In this document: positions 58,385 to 64,000 of the stretch, piece after piece
How the letters are laid out: the number at the start of each line of letters is the position of its first letter
Position numbering within the stretch: the first letter of the stretch is position 1
From: an uncultured delta proteobacterium
GTDB taxonomy: Bacteria; Desulfobacterota; Binatia; Binatales; Binataceae
Assembly: GCA_963765675.1 (NCBI GenBank)
Contig: CAVXXK010000001.1
Coordinates: 1,280,001-1,344,000, forward strand
Reading direction: 5' to 3'
DNA length: 64,000 bases
Position numbers and translations under genes: made by a program
The notes under the pieces: model-generated
What the model was told of the DNA's origin: nothing
What the model saw: only the letters and a program-made list of their open reading frames with translations
Database searches by the model: none

Positions 58385-59608
58385 ATGTCTGTCACGATCG
58401 ACGATATCGAGCTCGCGCGGCGCCGCCTCGGCGGTATTATCGAGCCGACGCCGCTTATCCCGAGTGCCACGCTCAGCCGGATGCTCGGCGCCGAAGTTTT
58501 CATCAAGCCGGAGAATCTTCAGAAGACCGGGTCGTTCAAAATTCGCGGAGCTTACAACCGGATCGCCGCGCTGTCCGACGAGGAAAGAGCGCGCGGCGTG
58601 ATCGCGGCCTCGGCCGGAAATCATGGTCAGGCGCTCGCCTACGCGGCCACGCGCGCGGGCGTGAAGGCGACGATCGTGATGCCCGAGACGGCAGCGATCG
58701 CGAAAGTCGCTGCGACGCGAAATTACGGCCAGGCGGTCATCCTCGAAGGTATCGACTACCAGGCGGCGCGCGTCGCAGCGGGCCGCATCTGCGGCGAGTC
58801 GGGTGCTGTGTTCGTCGATGCGTACGACGACGCGCATGTCGTCGCGGGACAGGGAACTATCGGCCTCGAGATCGCGCACGAGCTTGGCGGCACAAAGCGC
58901 GCCGATGCGGTGCTCGTTCCGGTCGGCGGCGGAGGATTGATCGCGGGAATCGCGGTCGCGCTCGAGGCGCTGTCCCCGGCAACCGAAGTTGTCGGCGTCG
59001 AGGCCGCCGGCGCTGCACAACTCAGCGCAAGCCTCGCCGCCGATCATGCCACCTCGATCGGAAAGCCGGTCGATACGATTGCAGACGGTCTCGCCACCGG
59101 ACGAATCGGCGAGATTCCGTACGGCCTGATTCGTGGACGCGTGAAGCGTGCCGTAACCGTCGACGATTTCGAGATTGGCGCCGCGGTGCTGCTGATGCTC
59201 GAGCGGATGAAGCTGCTGGCCGAGGGCGCTGGCGCCGCCGCTCTGGCCGGCGCGCTGAAGCTTGGTGCCGAGCTGAAGGACAAGCGAATCGTCGTGGTGG
59301 TGAGCGGCGGAAATATCGATATCAACCTTCTCGACCGAATCATCGGCCATGGACTCGCGAAGATGGGGCGGCTCTATCGGATTGCGCTGTCGCTGCACGA
59401 TCGCCCGGGCGAGCTAAGCCTGCTGCTTGCCCAGATCGGCAAGATGGGAGCGAACGTGCGCGTGATCGATCACGACCGCACACGGCGCGACGTCGCGATC
59501 GGCGGCGTGTATGTGAGCCTGGAACTGGAGACGCGCGGCCCCGAGCATATCGCCGCGATCCATGCGCATCTGCGCAAGGCCGGCTACGACATCACCGAAG
59601 AAAATTAG
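58385..59608 (+). CDS. ilvA: Threonine ammonia-lyase with C-terminal ACT domain
   Basis: ENLQKTGSFKIRGA, SAGNHGQ, VGGGGL, SGGNID, DRPGEL. Confidence 0.92.
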   Translation: MSVTIDDIELARRRLGGIIEPTPLIPSATLSRMLGAEVFIKPENLQKTGSFKIRGAYNRIAALSDEERARGVIAASAGNHGQALAYAATRAGVKATIVMPETAAIAKVAATRNYGQAVILEGIDYQAARVAAGRICGESGAVFVDAYDDAHVVAGQGTIGLEIAHELGGTKRADAVLVPVGGGGLIAGIAVALEALSPATEVVGVEAAGAAQLSASLAADHATSIGKPVDTIADGLATGRIGEIPYGLIRGRVKRAVTVDDFEIGAAVLLMLERMKLLAEGAGAAALAGALKLGAELKDKRIVVVVSGGNIDINLLDRIIGHGLAKMGRLYRIALSLHDRPGELSLLLAQIGKMGANVRVIDHDRTRRDVAIGGVYVSLELETRGPEHIAAIHAHLRKAGYDITEEN

Positions 59609-59641
59609 TTGCTCGCGCGATTGCGATCCTGACGCGCGCGA

Positions 59642-60484
59642 TCAGGTGAACATCGCGGAGATACCCTTGGGGCGGACCAGCTTGCCCGCGGGCTTCATCT
59701 CGCGGCCGAGTTCGATGACGCGCTTTTTGAACGCTTCCATCTCGGCCGTCTGTCTCGCGGCGAAAGCTTCGCGCTCGCGCTGTTGACGACGCTCGATCGC
59801 CTCCTGCTCGGCACGGCGGCGAGCGTAGAAATTCTCGAAGGTCTCGCGCACCTCACGCGCCATCGTCGATTTCGGTACATACGAGCCCGAGCACGACGGG
59901 CAGTAGAAAACCACGCCGGCCTGAAAATGTCGGTACGGGATCGAAAACGTTTCGCCGCAATCCTTGCACACAACCGGCACTTCCCACGCGATCGGATTGA
60001 ACTCCTCGCTGAGCCCCGCCTGCGCTGGAGCTGACGCCGCTGCTGCCGGAGCAGGTTTGGGCGCCGCAGGTGCCGCCGCCGCAGGTTTTGGCGCCGAGGC
60101 CGCAGCGCCTGCGTCCGCGGCTGGCGCTGCCACCGGTGCCGCTTCGCCGCCCGCTTTGCGAAAGCGCGAGGGTGCGTCGTCGGGAAAAGTCTCCTCAGGA
60201 TGAAGCTCGCGCGCCCGGGCGAGCAACACCGCTTCGGTTTCGGGATTGGCCGGGTCGGGCACGCAGCAATCTACCGGGCAAACCGCCGCGCAGGCTTCAT
60301 GATCATGAAACCCGACACACTCCGTGCATTTGGCCGGTACGATATAGAAAATATCCTGCGCGATCGCCGGGCTGATCGCACCGTTCAATTCCCATTCGAC
60401 TCCGCCGGCGTAAATCGCGGTATTCGGACATTCCGGCTCGCAGGCGCCGCAATTGATGCATTCGCTGGTGATGGTCGTTGACAT
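59642..60484 (-). CDS. YfhL-type 2[4Fe-4S] ferredoxin fused to an Ala/Pro linker, zinc ribbon and coiled coil
   Basis: CINCGACEPECP; CTECVGFHDHEACAAVCPVDCC; CKDC...CPSC. Confidence 0.88.
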   Translation of the reverse strand: MSTTITSECINCGACEPECPNTAIYAGGVEWELNGAISPAIAQDIFYIVPAKCTECVGFHDHEACAAVCPVDCCVPDPANPETEAVLLARARELHPEETFPDDAPSRFRKAGGEAAPVAAPAADAGAAASAPKPAAAAPAAPKPAPAAAASAPAQAGLSEEFNPIAWEVPVVCKDCGETFSIPYRHFQAGVVFYCPSCSGSYVPKSTMAREVRETFENFYARRRAEQEAIERRQQREREAFAARQTAEMEAFKKRVIELGREMKPAGKLVRPKGISAMFT

Positions 60485-60651
60485 GTCTGGGCGTCGTTCC
60501 TGTTCAAGCAGTCTGAATTAACTATCCCTGAATGATCTTTAGCAATCCTGATGCAGCCCGGCAAACACGCCCGCGAATTCGTTTTTCGGGCGTGCGGGTT
60601 TTGACTATGCTTGCGCCAAGACCGCGGTACGTCGACCGCAGGAGTTGTTTC

Positions 60652-61839
60652 ATGGATCTGAATTTCAATCACGAAGAAGATGAATTTCGCCTCAAGGTTC
60701 GCCGATTCCTCGAAGAGAATCTGCCCAAGAGTGGCCTCGGCGCCGGACGCGAGGGGCGCGAAGACAAAGCCTGGCTCGATAAGTCAAAAGCGTGGCAGCG
60801 CAAGCTGCATGAAGCGGGCTACGTCGCGCTCGCGTGGCCGAAAGAGTACGGCGGCCAGGCGATGGACCCGATCAGGCAATCGATCGTCAACGACGAGATG
60901 GTGCGCGCCAACGCGCCTTATCTGCCCGGCGGATCGGGCCTCGGGATGCTCGGGCCGACGCTGATTTCGTGGGGCACCGAGGAGCAGAAAAAACGCTACC
61001 TGCCGAAAATTCTGACCGGCGAAGAAATCTGGTGCCAGGGATATTCGGAGCCCGGCTCGGGCTCGGACTTGGCCTCGCTGCGCACGCGCGCGGAGATCGT
61101 CGGCGACGAATTCGTCGTCAACGGCCAGAAGGTCTGGACCTCGGGCGCGCAACACGCCGACATGATGTTCTGCCTGGTGCGCACCGACCCCGAGGCGCCG
61201 AAGCATCGCGGAATTTCTTACATCCTGATCGACATGCACTCGCCCGGTATTACCGTGCGTCCTCTGGTGCAGATGACCGGCGACCGCGGCTTCAACGAAG
61301 TTTTCTTCGACAACGTTCGCGTGCCGCGCAAAAACCTGGTCGGCAAGCTCAACGAGGGCTGGATCGTCGCCAACGCCACTCTGTTCCACGAGCGCAACAT
61401 GCTTGGCTCCGCGACCGGCAGCGAGCAGCGCTTCAACCGCCTGCTCGCGATCGCCAAGAAGATCAAACGCGGCGGCCGCGCGCTCACCGAGGATCCGGTC
61501 TTTCGCCAGCGCCTGGTCGATCTGGAAATCCGGGTCGAGGCGATGCGCTATCATTCGCTGCGCCAGCTCACCGATCAGATTCGCGGCAAAAATCCCGGCG
61601 TCGAGGGATGGATCAACAAGCTGGTTGGCACCGAGCTCAATCACGACCTCGCCACCGCCGCGATGGAAGCGCTCGGCGACTACTCGATGCTCTCGCGCGA
61701 GGACGGCGCGGCGCTCGATCATGGTTACTGGCCGTACGAATGGATGTTCTCGCTGGGGTTGGTGATCGGCGGCGGTACTTCGCACATCCAGAAGAACATC
61801 ATCGCGGAACGCGGCCTCAAGATGCCGAAGTCGCGCTGA
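60652..61839 (+). CDS. Acyl-CoA dehydrogenase
   Basis: WCQGYSEPGSGSDLASL, NGQKVWTS, FNEVFFDNV, GGTSHIQKNII. Confidence 0.95.
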   Translation: MDLNFNHEEDEFRLKVRRFLEENLPKSGLGAGREGREDKAWLDKSKAWQRKLHEAGYVALAWPKEYGGQAMDPIRQSIVNDEMVRANAPYLPGGSGLGMLGPTLISWGTEEQKKRYLPKILTGEEIWCQGYSEPGSGSDLASLRTRAEIVGDEFVVNGQKVWTSGAQHADMMFCLVRTDPEAPKHRGISYILIDMHSPGITVRPLVQMTGDRGFNEVFFDNVRVPRKNLVGKLNEGWIVANATLFHERNMLGSATGSEQRFNRLLAIAKKIKRGGRALTEDPVFRQRLVDLEIRVEAMRYHSLRQLTDQIRGKNPGVEGWINKLVGTELNHDLATAAMEALGDYSMLSREDGAALDHGYWPYEWMFSLGLVIGGGTSHIQKNIIAERGLKMPKSR

Positions 61840-61861
61840 CGGAACAGGAAATTTATCAAAA

Positions 61862-62974
61862 ATGGATTTCGGACTCAGCGAAGAACAGCAGGCACTTAAA
61901 ACGAGCGCGCGCGAATTTCTGGCCGGCGAATGCGCGACCGCCGTCGTGCGCAAGGCGATGGCCTCCGATAACGGCTGCGCGCCGGAGCTCGAACGCGAGA
62001 TTGCGAAGCTCGGATGGACCGGCCTAATCGTACCGGAAAAATTCGGCGGCGCGGGTCTCGGGACGCTCGACATGGCGGTGATCCTCGAAGAGCAGGGTTA
62101 CGCCGCGATGCCGGGGCCGTTCCTGTTTTCCTCCGCGCTGGCGGCCGACGCGCTCGCGCACGGCGGCTCCGACGAGCTGAACGCCAAATGGCTGCGCGGG
62201 ATCGCCGACGGCAGCGCGGTCGGCACGGTCGCGATCGTCGAGGGCGACGATAGCCTCTCGCCGGCGGATTTCGCGACCGTCGCGAAAAAGGACGGCGCAT
62301 CGGCGCGAATCTCGGGCGTCAAGATGTTCGTGCCGTATGGCAACGCCGCGGACTTTATCATCGTCGCCGCGCGACCCAACGCGGATATCGCGGACGCCGC
62401 GCTCTACCTCGTCGAGACGAAATCAGCGGGCATCCGCGCGACCGAGCTTAAGAATCTCGACCAGACGCGGCGAGTAGCGCGAGTCGAGTTCGACGGCGCG
62501 GTGGCGACTCCCCTTTCCGGCGGCACGAAGCTCTATTCGCGCCTGCTCGATATCGGCGCGGTCGCAATCGCGGCGGACTCACTCGGCGGAATCGAGCGCG
62601 CGCTCGACATGGCGGTTGACTACTCGAAAGTGCGCGAACAGTTCGGCAAACCGATCGGATCCTTCCAGGCGCTCAAGCATGCCGCCGCCGAAATTCTTTC
62701 CGAGCTCGAGCCCGGCCGCGCGCTCTTGTGGTACGCCGCCTACGCGCAAGACGCCGCGCCCGACAAGGCGTCGCGCGTTGCCTCGATGGCAAAGGCGCGG
62801 CTGTGCGACGTCTTCATGCGCGGCGCCGATCGCGCGGTGCTGATGCACGGTGGAATCGGCTTCACCTGGGAGCACGACATCCATCTGTGGTTCAAGCGCG
62901 CGCGCTTCAACGAAGCGTACTTCGGCTCGCCTGCGTATCATCGGGAATGCGTCGCGCAGCTCGGCGACTACTGA
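61862..62974 (+). CDS. Acyl-CoA dehydrogenase (probable partner subunit of a heteromer)
   Basis: REQFGKPIGSFQALKH, HGGIGFTWEHD. Confidence 0.93.
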   Translation: MDFGLSEEQQALKTSAREFLAGECATAVVRKAMASDNGCAPELEREIAKLGWTGLIVPEKFGGAGLGTLDMAVILEEQGYAAMPGPFLFSSALAADALAHGGSDELNAKWLRGIADGSAVGTVAIVEGDDSLSPADFATVAKKDGASARISGVKMFVPYGNAADFIIVAARPNADIADAALYLVETKSAGIRATELKNLDQTRRVARVEFDGAVATPLSGGTKLYSRLLDIGAVAIAADSLGGIERALDMAVDYSKVREQFGKPIGSFQALKHAAAEILSELEPGRALLWYAAYAQDAAPDKASRVASMAKARLCDVFMRGADRAVLMHGGIGFTWEHDIHLWFKRARFNEAYFGSPAYHRECVAQLGDY

Positions 62975-63555
62975 TGACGAGCGAGCCGCAGTTCGACGCC
63001 GCGCGAGTGAATTTCCGCGCGCTCGAGCACGACGACCTGCGGCTGATGCATCGATGGATCAACGACGATCCGGAGGTGCGCCGATGGTGGTGGCGCGAGG
63101 CCGGTCCGTTCGAGAAGATCGTCGCCAAGTACGCGCCACGAATCGGCGCGACCGGCCCGACCCGCAGCTACATTATCCAGTACGAGACTCATCCAATTGG
63201 CTATATACAGGAATACCTAATCGGCGACTATCCGGATTGGGCGCGCCTGGTCGATGTTCCCGAAATTTCCGCCGGAGTTGACCTGTTCGTCGGCGAGGCC
63301 GCGTATCGCGGACAAGGCCGCGGGAGCGCGATCTTGCGCAAGTTCGTGCGCGAAGTGGTTTTCGCGCGGCCTGAAGTCGAGAGCTGCATCATCGGCCCCG
63401 ACCAAAACAACGCCCGCGCGATCCGATCGTACGAAAAGGCGGGATTCAAACCTCTCAAGCCGATTTACGATCCCGATTCAGACGAGCACGATCTCCTGCT
63501 GCGGATTTTTCGTACCGAAGCGCTGAGCGACGACATCTCGCGGAGAGCCTCATGA
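62974..63555 (+). CDS. GNAT acetyltransferase (AAC(6')/IucB-like fold)
   Basis: PIGYIQ, GVDLFVGE, RGQGRG, NARAIRSYEKAGF. Confidence 0.88.
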   Translation: MTSEPQFDAARVNFRALEHDDLRLMHRWINDDPEVRRWWWREAGPFEKIVAKYAPRIGATGPTRSYIIQYETHPIGYIQEYLIGDYPDWARLVDVPEISAGVDLFVGEAAYRGQGRGSAILRKFVREVVFARPEVESCIIGPDQNNARAIRSYEKAGFKPLKPIYDPDSDEHDLLLRIFRTEALSDDISRRAS

Positions 63556-64000
63556 ACTTCGACATCTTCTATCAACTCCCGCAGGCGGATTCGCAGCGCT
63601 CTTCGGATCGATATCGCGATCTGATCGCGGAGGCGGTGCTCGCCGACCAGCTTGGCTTCGCGACGGTCTGGCTCGCCGAGGTTCATTTCGTGCCGCATTT
63701 CTCCGTGATGCCGGCGCCGATGATGCTGCATGCGGCGATCGCGGCGCGCACCGAGCGGATTCGGCTCGGATGCGCGGTAAACCTGATGCCGCTGCATCAT
63801 CCGATGCGCCTGGCGGAAGAGACCGCGATGCTCGATGTGCTCTCGGGCGGCCGCGTTGAGTTCGGTGCCGGACGCGGCGCGTTTCCGCTCAACTACCGCG
63901 GCTACGGCGTGCCGATGGCGGAGAGCCGCGCGATGTTCAAAGAGGAAATCGATTTTATCCGCGCAGCGTGGTCGCAAGATCGCGTCACCTTCCACGGCAA
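63552..64000 (+). CDS. LLM-class flavin-dependent oxidoreductase (3' truncated by window)
   Basis: ADQLGFATVWLAEVHF, RTERIRLG, HPMRLAEE, DVLSGGRVEFGAGRG. Confidence 0.9.
   Translation, partial: MNFDIFYQLPQADSQRSSDRYRDLIAEAVLADQLGFATVWLAEVHFVPHFSVMPAPMMLHAAIAARTERIRLGCAVNLMPLHHPMRLAEETAMLDVLSGGRVEFGAGRGAFPLNYRGYGVPMAESRAMFKEEIDFIRAAWSQDRVTFHG

Noticed and set aside
60020-60150. GCAGGTTT(G/T)GGCGCCG tandem repeat
   Set aside because: Encodes the APKPA linker of the ferredoxin fusion
62974-63555. Aminoglycoside resistance gene call
   Set aside because: Only fold-level similarity; embedded in a metabolic operon with no mobile context
1-64000. Prophage, IS, integrase, tRNA, rRNA or defence system
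   Set aside because: No supporting motifs seen in any ORF or intergenic region

Overview
GC-rich bacterial window. The LLM oxidoreductases, paired acyl-CoA dehydrogenases and codon style suggest a soil or peat lineage such as Ca. Binatota, which is an inference only. Bases 1-35.2 kb are one co-oriented surface-polysaccharide locus. It holds a NusG/RfaH-type antiterminator, a lipoprotein, an SLBB/OPX exporter, a lytic transglycosylase, Wzi, Wzz, Wzx and Wzy, about 8 glycosyltransferases, about 6 SAM methyltransferases, an AsnB amidotransferase, a NodU carbamoyltransferase, a plant-GME-like epimerase, a WecA fusion, a cupin and gmd. The rest contains YjbQ, metH (frameshifted), an epimerase, a methyltransferase, DUF1499 and an LLM oxidoreductase; a kinase with no sensor domain plus a sigma-54 activator, divergent from a KimA/YdaO-like transporter; an ArsR operon with four tandem, mosaic SRPBCC genes, DUF899 and a transglutaminase-like gene; hisH-hisF with an archaeal-type ribH; a MerR-TPR gene, a second ArsR module, threonine dehydratase, a ferredoxin/zinc-ribbon fusion, an acyl-CoA dehydrogenase pair, a GNAT and a partial LLM gene. 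Two REP-like palindrome families are present. I saw no rRNA, tRNA, CRISPR array or transposase. Several single-base frameshifts look like long-read errors. All assignments come from motif recognition by eye; no searches were run.
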